This document shows, piece by piece, positions 1-8,225 of a stretch of 32,000 nt of DNA. The stretch lies in NCBI GenBank assembly GCA_041674405.1, contig JBAYVT010000006.1, positions 25,153 to 57,152 on the forward strand, given 5' to 3'. Position 1 is the stretch's first letter. Each line of letters starts with the position of its first letter. The position numbers and the translations under genes were made by a program. A model generated the notes under the pieces. It was not told the DNA's origin. It saw nothing but the letters and a program-made list of their open reading frames with translations, and searched no databases. The stretch is from Patescibacteria group bacterium. GTDB taxonomy: Bacteria > Patescibacteriota > UBA1384 > XYA2-FULL-43-10.

Positions 1-791
1 GCATTGCCATCTGAATCTGTGTCAACTTCGCTTTCCCAGCCCTCGAGTATCGCTAGAGAGCCGCCTAGTTGGTCAATATTATTAACTCTTTGCCCTTCTT
101 CATCAATTAGGATACCAGACGTTAGAAATGGCTCCATTATGCCTCTATGCGATATATGGAATAAATCTATTTCCGAACCAGAATATAATTTTGAAGCCAT
201 TCGATTATGCCTTCGGTTAAAAAGTTGTGCAAAATTATATGCTGCCATTTCAGGAGACTGAAGTTGTGATAAATCCGTTTGACCCGATAGCCATTCTGCC
301 AAAATAGGTTCCTCTGCTTTCTCTGCTATTTTTTCTTGCTCATCAGGAGGTAAACTCTTAAAATTGTCTGGGTCTAGGCCCATTTCTTGCATCAGTTTGG
401 CTCGACTTTCGGTAAACTTTTTATCATATAATTCAAGAAATTCTTTCGGAAAATTAAGGGTTAGTTGTTCCCTTATGGCTATATTTCTTATTGGAACATC
501 TGGGTTTGATTCCTGGTAACCATTAAGAATGCTTTCTGCTGTCTCTCGTGTTCTTGGTGATTCACTGACGTAAGCTTTTGCACCGTGTTGGGAAGCTTCA
601 ATTCCTCCGCCAAGCTCTTTTGCTTTGGAGGCTCCTTGTTCTGAGATGCTACTTTTACTTAATGCTCCAGCAACAATAACTTCACCGCTCTGTTTTTGAG
701 CGTGTCTATTCCAATAATTTCTTATTTTAACATCTGAACCGTATTTGCGTAGAGTCTCATTTTCTGCATTAAAGTTTGGTATTTCACTCAT
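1..791 (-). CDS. Histidine phosphatase superfamily (PGAM/SixA-like) protein; C-terminus cut by window edge
   Basis: Open-ended, so absent from the ORF track. My translation from ATG (791-789) reads MSEIPNFNAENETLRKYGSDVKIRNYWNRHAQKQSGE...YVSESPRTRETAESIL...DLFHISHRGIMEPFL... and stays open to nt 1. RHA, SPRTRETAE and SHRG resemble the RHG / SPxxRAxxTA / sHG motifs of branch-1 histidine phosphatases. Its ATG overlaps the upstream gene's TGA (ATGA at 788-791). The listed + ORF 4..261 is antisense to it. Confidence 0.55.
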   Translation of the reverse strand, partial: MSEIPNFNAENETLRKYGSDVKIRNYWNRHAQKQSGEVIVAGALSKSSISEQGASKAKELGGGIEASQHGAKAYVSESPRTRETAESILNGYQESNPDVPIRNIAIREQLTLNFPKEFLELYDKKFTESRAKLMQEMGLDPDNFKSLPPDEQEKIAEKAEEPILAEWLSGQTDLSQLQSPEMAAYNFAQLFNRRHNRMASKLYSGSEIDLFHISHRGIMEPFLTSGILIDEEGQRVNNIDQLGGSLAILEGWESEVDTDSDGN

Positions 792-2290
792 AACTTTCCT
801 TTTTGAATTATTCTTACCTCACCTTTATCAGCATCAACTTCAATAATATCGCCATCTTTAATTACTTCGGTGGCAATCTTGGTTCCGATAATACAAGGAA
901 TATTTAATTCTCTTGAAACGATTGCAGCGTGCGAGTTTATTCCACCTTCGTTGGTCACTATGGCACTAGCTTTTTTAACTGCGAGGATTAACTCTGGGCC
1001 AGTGGTTTCAGTAACAAGAATTTGTCCGTTTTCCATATTGGCGATTTCTTCCTGTATTACCTGAACTTTAGTCGTTAATCTGATAAGTTTTGCCTTACCT
1101 TTTGCAAAACCAAAATTGGCCGTATTGCCTCTGAAAGCATGCAAATCACTCTCAATAACTGGTTTGACTAACCTGATTATTCCTTTTGCTTTTTCACCAG
1201 TAGCTAATTGATATGTACCACCCTCAGGAATATAAGCAAAGCTCTCTTGTCTATCTATGATTTCTTTCAGGGGAAAATTTCCTGTTTGAAAAAGTTCCTC
1301 AATTTCTTCCACAGCCATAAATTCTAACTGGTTCATTGCAATATAAAAGCGTTTGCTGATTTCTCTGAAAAGAAGAGAGATAATGCTTTCATCGCCAAAA
1401 AATGATTTATTTAAAAGTATTCGGAGCTCAAATTTCTTCTCTTGCATCTGCCTTACCACGTTCCCAAGCCAAACTATTTCAGGGGGCAGTTCCTTTTCCA
1501 GCTTCTTTTGTTCTTCTGTTAATTTAGCAGATTGGTTCACAATATCTTTAATGAAAGATTCTGATTTATCTGTATTCTGCAAATCTTCGGAGAAAAGCTC
1601 GAGCACTTCTTCAACCGTCTGGTATTTTTTGCCATCCTTGTAATTCAGAAAGCCCCACTTTTCAGCATGCGCTTTTACGAGAGAAAAACTCTTACTTTTT
1701 CTTAGTTCATCGCAGTTTTTATTAAGTATAAGCTGTTTGGTAAACCTATCATCGTTAAGTTTTAATGCGATTTTTGACCTATCGATTTTTTCTTCAGTTA
1801 ACAGATTATTTTCAGGCGGAGATGATAATAAAGCAGTCAATATGTTTGGCAAGTCTTTAGTATCAAATTTCTTTTCCAAAGCTTCGTTAATTTTTTCTTC
1901 GATTGAATCGAAAAAGAAATACTCGGTTAAGTAATAGTAATCAAGATATTCAACAATAAGAGAAATTTGCTGAGAGAAAACCTTTAAGAATTCACCCTCA
2001 GATAAAGAGCCCAAATCTAAGTTGTCAAAATCTCGAGTTAATGAAATTATCCTTTTGGTCAAGCCATCAATCTTTGCAAAAAGTTCATCTGTTTTTTCTT
2101 TGTCTGAATAGAGCTCTAGCCCTTTTTGATTTAGCTTATGTTCGTCTTCTGGTTTAGCATAATTTTCCCATACGCCATCTTGATAAATGAAGACAAAGTT
2201 GGCTTTGCCATAATCACTTTTTGCAACAAGGTCAGTGAAAGTAATGCCTGGACCAGGTGCAAATTTAAAAATAGAATTGTATTTGTTCAT
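788..2290 (-). CDS. PEP-utilising-enzyme mobile (swivel phospho-His) domain protein with a long helical N-terminal region and no ATP-grasp domain
   Basis: C-terminal ~90 aa contain ...ILVTETTGPELILAVKKASAIVTNEGGINSHAAIVSRELNIPCIIGT..., the GGxxSHAAIvaRelgIP phospho-His swivel signature of PPDK, PEP synthase, Enzyme I and rifampin phosphotransferase. The track ORF runs to 2401 but would overlap the receiver gene, so I prefer the ATG at 2290 (MNKYNSIF...), which leaves a 46-nt spacer. Confidence 0.8.
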   Translation of the reverse strand: MNKYNSIFKFAPGPGITFTDLVAKSDYGKANFVFIYQDGVWENYAKPEDEHKLNQKGLELYSDKEKTDELFAKIDGLTKRIISLTRDFDNLDLGSLSEGEFLKVFSQQISLIVEYLDYYYLTEYFFFDSIEEKINEALEKKFDTKDLPNILTALLSSPPENNLLTEEKIDRSKIALKLNDDRFTKQLILNKNCDELRKSKSFSLVKAHAEKWGFLNYKDGKKYQTVEEVLELFSEDLQNTDKSESFIKDIVNQSAKLTEEQKKLEKELPPEIVWLGNVVRQMQEKKFELRILLNKSFFGDESIISLLFREISKRFYIAMNQLEFMAVEEIEELFQTGNFPLKEIIDRQESFAYIPEGGTYQLATGEKAKGIIRLVKPVIESDLHAFRGNTANFGFAKGKAKLIRLTTKVQVIQEEIANMENGQILVTETTGPELILAVKKASAIVTNEGGINSHAAIVSRELNIPCIIGTKIATEVIKDGDIIEVDADKGEVRIIQKGKL

Positions 2291-2336
2291 GATTGATCGT
2301 TTGTTCTTGCTCAAATTTTCTTTTGTGAAATTAATA

Positions 2337-2699
2337 TCAGTTCTCAAGCACTTCGCTAACCTTAGAGGCGAGTTTTTCCGGTTCGAATTGGGCTTTGACA
2401 AAATACTCTTTAGCGCCGAGAGATCGGGCTTTGTCGGCTGAAGCCTCCTCTGGAAGATTTGTGAGCATCATTACCGGAATTGAAGATGTTTCTTTGTTGT
2501 CTTTCAGTTTTTCTAGCACGTCGAGACCGTTTTCTTGGGGCATAATTATATCAAGAAGAATTAAATCCGGCATTTCTTTCTCCGCCGCCTCTAGTGCTTC
2601 GATGCCATTTCCCGCGGTTATTACTTCGTGTCCAGTCAGCGCTTCCCCATACATTCGAAGGATTGGTTCTTCGTCATCAACTATTAAGATCTTTGCCAT
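2337..2699 (-). CDS. Receiver-only (CheY-like) response regulator
   Basis: 120 aa. Has ILIVDDEE, phospho-acceptor context DLILLDIIMP, MMLTNL and a conserved Lys (EYFVKA). No output domain. Start overlaps the kinase stop by 23 nt. Confidence 0.9.
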   Translation of the reverse strand: MAKILIVDDEEPILRMYGEALTGHEVITAGNGIEALEAAEKEMPDLILLDIIMPQENGLDVLEKLKDNKETSSIPVMMLTNLPEEASADKARSLGAKEYFVKAQFEPEKLASKVSEVLEN

Positions 2700-4008
2700 T
2701 AGTCTCCTTTGTCCTTTTAGGAATATTGATTAAAATTTTGGTGCCTTTTTTGGGCTTACTTTCGATATTTAATGTGCCGCCGTGTTTTTCAATGATGGTC
2801 TTGGCAATATAAACGCCAAGGCCCGTACCTTTGTTATCGATATTTATTGCTTCTTGTGTCCGGTAAAATTTTTCCCCGATTTTAAGAAGCGCATCTTGCG
2901 GAATGCCAATTCCATTATCAGAAACGATTATATCAACTGAAATTTTCTTGTCGATAACTTCGACTGAAACTTTGCCACCCGGGGCGTATTTGATCGCATT
3001 ATCCATGAAGTTAATAATTGCCTGGCCCAATTTTTCGCCATCAGCAAAAATAATTAAATTTTTATCAATTTCAGAAAGGGTAAGGGTAACTTTCGATTCT
3101 TCCGCCTTAGATTCTAAATCTTTGATGATTTTATGCATCAAGTCTGACATATTAACATCTTCAAGGTTTAATTTGATCTTCTCTTGCTCGATTCTTGAAA
3201 TGGACAAAAGGTTATTGGTCAGTAAAACCATTTTTTCGGTCGAACTATGAATTTCTTTTATAAATTCCGCTTGTTTTGTGCTGAGTTTCCCTTCTTTGCC
3301 AGAAATTAATAGAGAGGAGTAACCGCGGATTATTGAAAGAGGAGTATTTAGCTGGTGAGAAGTTACAGCAATAAATTCTTTATCTCTTTCAGTGAGCGCT
3401 TTTTCATATGAAACATCACGGATAACGGCAAGCGATTTTACTTTTCCGTCATTTTCGCGAATCAACGCGAAGCTTGCCTCAATGTCCGCATTTTCGCCAT
3501 CTTTTGTCACGATTCTATTTTTCACGTAAGGATCGGTTCTTTTAACTTGTGGGCTTGTGAACATCAAATCTGGCAAAAGTGAGCTATTTTTTTCAGCATG
3601 AAATTTCAGAAGATTTTGGGCGAGATGCCCAAGCGCTTCTTCTTTTTTGTAGCCGGTGATTTTCTCCATGCCCGGAGAAAAATCCTCTATTCGTTGTTCA
3701 TCGTCAAGCACCAATATTCCATCAGCAGAATTGTTAAATACGAGGTCGAGTGTTTTTTGGCGATTATTAATTTCTCGTTGTTTTTCGATAAGTTCCTCAG
3801 TTTTTCTCTGAGATTCTTCATAAAGAGAACGATTGTTGAGGTAGAAGAACACGGCAGCAAGTGTACCACCGATCAAAACGTATTGAAGCAAAGAAGATGC
3901 CCTGAATGCATCAAAGCGCATAAGTATATAAATCGTCGACAGAATAAATAAAACCCAAAAAATGGCTTCTATCGAACGTAAGAAATTATGCTTTCGTTTT
4001 TTTGGCAT
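2677..4008 (-). CDS. Sensor histidine kinase (2 TM helices, PAS, HisKA, HATPase_c)
   Basis: Two N-terminal hydrophobic helices with almost no external loop; PAS-like NSADGILVLDDEQRIEDFSPGMEKITGY; H-box FIAVTSHQLNTPLSII; N-box FMDNAIKY; G-boxes DNGIGIP and GTGLGVYI. Confidence 0.9.
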   Translation of the reverse strand: MPKKRKHNFLRSIEAIFWVLFILSTIYILMRFDAFRASSLLQYVLIGGTLAAVFFYLNNRSLYEESQRKTEELIEKQREINNRQKTLDLVFNNSADGILVLDDEQRIEDFSPGMEKITGYKKEEALGHLAQNLLKFHAEKNSSLLPDLMFTSPQVKRTDPYVKNRIVTKDGENADIEASFALIRENDGKVKSLAVIRDVSYEKALTERDKEFIAVTSHQLNTPLSIIRGYSSLLISGKEGKLSTKQAEFIKEIHSSTEKMVLLTNNLLSISRIEQEKIKLNLEDVNMSDLMHKIIKDLESKAEESKVTLTLSEIDKNLIIFADGEKLGQAIINFMDNAIKYAPGGKVSVEVIDKKISVDIIVSDNGIGIPQDALLKIGEKFYRTQEAINIDNKGTGLGVYIAKTIIEKHGGTLNIESKPKKGTKILINIPKRTKETNGKDLNS

Positions 4009-4036
4009 TTCCCTCCATAAGTATTATAATAAAATT

Positions 4037-4078
4037 AGTCCATAAAGTCGAAAGTCTATAAAGTTTGTAAAGTCAAAC
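4037..4078. repeat. AAAGTC short-period (7-9 nt) oligo-repeat module in the kinase/pilX-like spacer
   Basis: agtccataaagtcgaaagtctataaagtttgtaaagtc. The 16 nt at 4037-4052 are identical to 28820-28835 inside metG. Same word family as 26555-26590 (rsmI tail) and 15903-15925. Confidence 0.7.
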
Positions 4079-4095
4079 CGGAGAACAAATGGCTG

Positions 4096-5145
4096 ATGAA
4101 GAGGGTTAAGCAAGGAGCCAACGTGAAGTTGAGTGGTTTACTTCGAGTAAAATCGAGAGGATCTGCAATTATCATTGCGTTCTTTCTGATGGCGGCGATA
4201 GGCGGTATTGCTTTTGCTATAGGCAGGATTTTTATTCTTGATACTTCTATTTCATCTTTGTATGAAAATGGAACAGTTGCTTACTATGCTGCTGAATCTG
4301 GAATTGAGGAAGGTATGTTGCGTTACCGTTACAACATGAACTATCAAGTGCCTGATGGGACGTCGAATGTTCGAAGATACAATCTAAGCAATGCAAGATT
4401 GAATAAATTAAGTACCGATCCTGTAGCGACATTAATCCCAAACAGCGAAAAGAAATTTTATGATTTGAATGCGATTTACAAGGCAAAATTCTATGGTGAT
4501 ACTGACAGAGAGGACGGTTCTTTTAATCTGCAGTTTTTCGAAAGTGACCAGTATGGTAAAAATGGCGATGCAAAGGTTTTCCGAATCCCACGCGATGAAA
4601 GCATAAAAATTGATATCAGTAATTTTGTCGGTTCCGGAAGCAATGATATGGACATGTATCTAAAAATGGATAATTTTGACGGACAGGATAATGGAAATTC
4701 TGATCCAGCGGACAAAACGCTGATAGAAGTGAAGGTGACCGGCACTTTTGGATCTGAACAAACAAAAACTTTTCTTGAGCGTAAAAAAGCGCTTGTTACT
4801 CCGACTACTGCTATTCCGATAGCGGATACCACCTCGAGGGTTATGCTTGCGCCAATGTTGTCACCAGTATGTAGGTATTGCTACTCTAAGGCTAACATTA
4901 TTTCATCGGTAGCAGAATCTTCACTTGCAGTTAGTAACAAGGCAGAATTATCAATCAAGCCGGTTGGCTCCGACATTTATATCGCGCTAATACCAAGAAA
5001 TAGTAGAAAAATGGCTTCACCCTGGACGACTGTAAAATCAACCGGATATTTTGGTAACGCGGCCAGAACTCTCACGGCAAATATTGACCGCCAAAGTGGT
5101 ACCGTTTATGATTTATTTGACTTCGTGGTCTACAAACACAATTAG
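4096..5145 (+). CDS. PilX_N-like putative type IV pilus-associated protein (N-terminal anchor helix plus AAESGIE motif)
   Basis: SRGSAIIIAFFLMAAIGGIAFAIGRIF...AYYAAESGIEEGMLRY resembles the PilX N-terminal domain pattern (RGxALiiaL...hydrophobic...A..aAEaGle). The remaining ~270 aa are unrecognised. In-frame GTG at 4123 has a better SD (AAGGAG at 4112-4117) than ATG 4096. Confidence 0.55.
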   Translation: MKRVKQGANVKLSGLLRVKSRGSAIIIAFFLMAAIGGIAFAIGRIFILDTSISSLYENGTVAYYAAESGIEEGMLRYRYNMNYQVPDGTSNVRRYNLSNARLNKLSTDPVATLIPNSEKKFYDLNAIYKAKFYGDTDREDGSFNLQFFESDQYGKNGDAKVFRIPRDESIKIDISNFVGSGSNDMDMYLKMDNFDGQDNGNSDPADKTLIEVKVTGTFGSEQTKTFLERKKALVTPTTAIPIADTTSRVMLAPMLSPVCRYCYSKANIISSVAESSLAVSNKAELSIKPVGSDIYIALIPRNSRKMASPWTTVKSTGYFGNAARTLTANIDRQSGTVYDLFDFVVYKHN

Positions 5146-5196
5146 TGTATAATATTAACCAATAACTAATAACTTAAATTTGTTTGTGGAGGAGAT

Positions 5197-5604
5197 ATGC
5201 CGGAGAGTAAAACAATAATGGTGGTTGATGATGATTTAACTCTTCGTGAAATGTACGAAGAGAGATTAAAGGCAGAAGGATTTGTCGTTACTGGCGCTGC
5301 CGATGGCGAGGAGGCTTACAAAAAAGCGCAAGAGGAACATCCAAGCTTAATTATTCTTGACATTATGATGCCAAAATTAAATGGCATAGATACTTTGAAA
5401 AAGCTTCGAGCAGACGACAAAACTCAAGATATTCCTGTAATTATTTTAACTGCGCTGGTACAAGAGATAGACAAAATCAAGGAAATGATGCGCCCAAATG
5501 ATTCATACCTTGTAAAATCCGAAGAAATGCCAAAAGATGTCGTCTCTAAAGTCTATATGGCTTTAAATGAAGGCGAAGCAAAAAAAGAAGAGGAAAAAGA
5601 ATAG
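5197..5604 (+). CDS. Receiver-only (CheY-like) response regulator with short K/E tail
   Basis: IMVVDDD, SLIILDIMMP, VIILTAL, SYLVKS; GGAGG SD 5 nt upstream of the ATG. Confidence 0.9.
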   Translation: MPESKTIMVVDDDLTLREMYEERLKAEGFVVTGAADGEEAYKKAQEEHPSLIILDIMMPKLNGIDTLKKLRADDKTQDIPVIILTALVQEIDKIKEMMRPNDSYLVKSEEMPKDVVSKVYMALNEGEAKKEEEKE

Positions 5605-5650
5605 CACTACCACGATTTAGTCCACAGATTAACACAGATAATTCATATGA

Positions 5651-5677
5651 AAAATCAGCCCTCGAGGGCTGATTTTT
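5651..5677. terminator. Bidirectional intrinsic terminator between convergent genes
   Basis: aaaaatcagccctc/gagggctgattttt: GC-rich stem with an A-tract 5' and a T-tract 3', placed between the + receiver gene and the end of the - pilus operon. Confidence 0.65.
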
Positions 5678-5720
5678 CTTTCTACAGACTAAGGACTACC
5701 AAATACGAACTAATCACTAA

Positions 5721-5978
5721 TCACTGAACAGGGACAAATGGATTATCGCGCCCATATCCGGCTTCGGTTGCGGTAACCTTCTGTCCATAATCTTTAATTT
5801 CCGTGAGTGATTTGAATTGATCGGTTTTAAGTTCAACATCTTCATTATTGCTTGTTGTCGCGGTATCACTATTTTTCATTAGGCTGGAATAGACAAAATA
5901 GCCCAATACAATACCGGCTAGCACTACGATGCAAACTGCGTATACTGATATTTTCTTTCCATCAAAACTATTTGCCAT
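5721..5978 (-). CDS. Small single-pass membrane protein, last gene of the pilMNO operon (possible PilP-like accessory)
   Basis: 85 aa with one TM helix (VYAVCIVVLAGIVLGYFVY) and C-terminal GYGRDNPFVPVQ, reminiscent of the R(S/D)PF segment in PilP-type proteins. Overlaps the pilO stop by 11 nt. Confidence 0.5.
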   Translation of the reverse strand: MANSFDGKKISVYAVCIVVLAGIVLGYFVYSSLMKNSDTATTSNNEDVELKTDQFKSLTEIKDYGQKVTATEAGYGRDNPFVPVQ

Positions 5979-6600
5979 AATAAATGTTTCCTTTCAAATC
6001 AAATTGAAGCGTGCCGGCATCAACTGAATAACCGGAAATATTTACTGAGCTTAATGATGTGAACCGGGGAAATGATGCAATTTTCTGTAAAAAAGTTTTA
6101 AATCCTGGATAGGTTGTTTTAAAGGACGTAGAAAAGGGGATTCCGGTGCCAGAGTTCTTGGCTGTTGAGGTTGCTGCGGATGGTGTGGAACTAGTGCTTT
6201 CGGAGCTAGTTTTGTTTGCACTTGTGGTTTTTTCGTCCTCTTGGACCGGAGTAGCTTTTTTGGCTACTGGCTCGGTGATAGTGAGGGTGGGAAAAACAAT
6301 TGATAAATCGGTACCGAGAGCCTCCATTTGCACAACGAAATCGCTTGAATTTTGAGTATCTGGCAATAGATTCTTAACTGTTTTTTCTACGCTATCGAGA
6401 TCAGTTTTGTTTTTACTGTATTTACTTAGGTTTGAAATTGCCTCTTCATCTTTGGCAAGCTTGGCATTATTTTGTTCCAAGGCAATACGATTGCTTTTGA
6501 GCTCGTTAATTTTGGGTATGATACCAAAAATAATCACAGCTGCAATTAACAACACATATATTGAAAGAACATAATAGGATTTTGGAATTGAAAATTTCAT
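5968..6600 (-). CDS. pilO: PilO-like type IV pilus alignment protein
   Basis: N-terminal TM helix, then coiled-coil (INELKSNRIALEQNNAKLAKDEE), then an S/T-rich linker and a C-terminal alpha/beta region. Lies right after pilN with an ATGA overlap (6597-6600). Confidence 0.65.
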   Translation of the reverse strand: MKFSIPKSYYVLSIYVLLIAAVIIFGIIPKINELKSNRIALEQNNAKLAKDEEAISNLSKYSKNKTDLDSVEKTVKNLLPDTQNSSDFVVQMEALGTDLSIVFPTLTITEPVAKKATPVQEDEKTTSANKTSSESTSSTPSAATSTAKNSGTGIPFSTSFKTTYPGFKTFLQKIASFPRFTSLSSVNISGYSVDAGTLQFDLKGNIYYGK

Positions 6601-7136
6601 TTTTTGAATACTCCGGTAAGTGAAAAAGTGAATGTGTTAGCAGTACTATCAAGAACGGAGGAGCCAAAAGCCACATTGGAGAAATAGTCGGAATCTTCAA
6701 GCTTGGTTTGCAACATTACTATTTCTCTTCTTGAAGGGGCAATGCCCGAAAGCGTAAGCTTTGTAGAAGCGCTATCTGTTTGCAGGGAGGTGATTTGAAT
6801 TTTCTCAGGGACTGCCGCATCGAATTTTTGAAGAACATCAGTCCAATCAGTGCTCTGGGTTTTTAAAGTATTAAGCCTCGCTAATTTACTATTTATGGAT
6901 GTAATCCGGTCCTCGATATCTTTGTAAGATTTTAGTTTAAATTCAGCATCAGCAACGCTTTGGTTTGAGATGGCCAGTTCGTTCCTCATAAAATTATCTG
7001 TAGCCCAAATAGCGCCATATACTATAAGAAGCATGACTAGAACTGCAAAAAGGGAAGTCGAGATAAGACTAACGACTCTTTTTGTCTGTTGGTTTTTTTT
7101 GATTCTGGGTGGTATGAGATTGATCGTCGCCATCAT
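6597..7136 (-). CDS. pilN: PilN type IV pilus alignment protein
   Basis: N-terminal INLIPP (the INLLP PilM-binding motif), then TM helix and coiled-coil. ATGA overlap with the pilM stop. Confidence 0.8.
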   Translation of the reverse strand: MMATINLIPPRIKKNQQTKRVVSLISTSLFAVLVMLLIVYGAIWATDNFMRNELAISNQSVADAEFKLKSYKDIEDRITSINSKLARLNTLKTQSTDWTDVLQKFDAAVPEKIQITSLQTDSASTKLTLSGIAPSRREIVMLQTKLEDSDYFSNVAFGSSVLDSTANTFTFSLTGVFKK

Positions 7137-8134
7137 ACGCTCCTTATTGCTAAACCAAATGCGGTGATAAACCGGGGTGTTATCTCGATGTTTGTCTTAA
7201 ATTTTGGTTTAGCAATCACGGCTTTTATTTTTATGGCATCAGAAAAATATTTCTCGATGTCTTTAATTTCAGAGCCGCTACCGGAGAGTTTAATCTCGGA
7301 AATATCACCTGGCTTATAATCTCGATTTTGGTGATATTTTATTGCTTCAAAAATTTCATCAATGACTTCTCCAAAAATAGAGTCAAGAATTGGTTTTGTT
7401 TCCGCATTAATATTTATCTCAGATATATTTTTTAACCCCGGTATTGTTCCAGACATTGTCTCTAGTATCTTGTTCTTGCCGAGGGAGGCGGTGGTAGCAA
7501 GCCTGATTTCGCCCCTGTCCCAGACAGAAATACGTGATACTTCGGAACCGATACACACGATCACAAATGCTTGATTGGATTTGTCGGGAATAACTGCTCT
7601 GCCGATTGCAATCGGTTTGGTTTCAAGTGCAGCCAGCTCTAGATTGGCCATTTTTGCCATTTCCACGTAATCATCAACCAGTTTTTTAGGCGCAGCAGCC
7701 ACAAGAACATCCGTGATAGGTTCATCCGGATGATCAATTAGGATTTGATAATCAATGTAAACTTCAGATATTGGAATTGGCAGATACTGGGCTGCTTCAT
7801 TTGGGATCGCAACGGCAAGTTCGCGGTCAGGCATTTTTGGCAGCTGAATAGTTTTTGAAAACACGAATGTTTCCGGGAGGGTGGAGACAATTCGAGTTGC
7901 TTTGATTTCATGAGGTTTGGCTTTGCGGCGAGCTTCCTTGATCATATTGGCTGCCGCCGTTTTGTCTTTGATCCTGTCTTTTTCGAGAATTCTCTCTGTT
8001 AGAGGATATTCACAAGTACCAACAACCTTGACATTGTTTCCATGCCTCACAATTTCGCATAAATTTAAAGTTTCGTAACCGATGTCGAGGCCAAATACCC
8101 TGCCGAAATCGCCACCGGAAAAAAATCCAGCCAC
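7133..8134 (-). CDS. pilM: PilM actin-like ATPase of the type IV pilus platform
   Basis: FGLDIGYETLNL phosphate-1-like motif, ~330 aa, directly upstream of pilN. The track start at 8140 overlaps the SD; GTG 8134 sits 5 nt after AAGGAG. Confidence 0.85.
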   Translation of the reverse strand: MAGFFSGGDFGRVFGLDIGYETLNLCEIVRHGNNVKVVGTCEYPLTERILEKDRIKDKTAAANMIKEARRKAKPHEIKATRIVSTLPETFVFSKTIQLPKMPDRELAVAIPNEAAQYLPIPISEVYIDYQILIDHPDEPITDVLVAAAPKKLVDDYVEMAKMANLELAALETKPIAIGRAVIPDKSNQAFVIVCIGSEVSRISVWDRGEIRLATTASLGKNKILETMSGTIPGLKNISEININAETKPILDSIFGEVIDEIFEAIKYHQNRDYKPGDISEIKLSGSGSEIKDIEKYFSDAIKIKAVIAKPKFKTNIEITPRFITAFGLAIRSV

Positions 8135-8140
8135 GCCCAC

Positions 8141-8225
8141 TCCTTTTTTAGTCCGTAGTCAGTAGTTTGTCTATAGGGCAATCCACTAAGGACTAAGGAC
8201 TACTTGCTACTGACTATTTTTAATT
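8141..8225. repeat. Imperfect inverted-repeat spacer (GTCCGTAGTCAGTAG ... CTAAGGACTAAGGACTAC..CTACTGACTA) between pilC and pilM
   Basis: tagtcagtag and ctactgacta are exact reverse complements; gtccgtagtc versus gactaaggac is imperfect. The ACTAAGGACTAC word recurs at 5683-5700. Confidence 0.55.

Noticed and set aside
4-261. Track ORF 4..261 (+) and the many 60-130-aa ORFs antisense to or nested in long genes (e.g. 870..1064, 1353..1643, 2395..2733, 8269..8532, 10600..10872, 11784..12176, 13094..13681, 18878..19168, 29578..30000)
   Set aside because: Each lies opposite or out of frame within a long ORF that has clear family motifs. They have low-complexity S/L/F-rich products and no SD. They are shadow ORFs.
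4090-4130. Hammerhead-like CTGATGA at 4093-4099
   Set aside because: There is no matching GAAA/GUC core or helices. It coincides with the start region of the pilX-like ORF.
788-8140. Possibility of an alternative genetic code (UGA recoding, as in some CPR lineages)
   Set aside because: TGA terminates well-delimited genes at conserved family ends (e.g. the pilM and PEP-utiliser stops with ATGA coupling), and no conserved domain is interrupted by in-frame TGA. The standard code fits.
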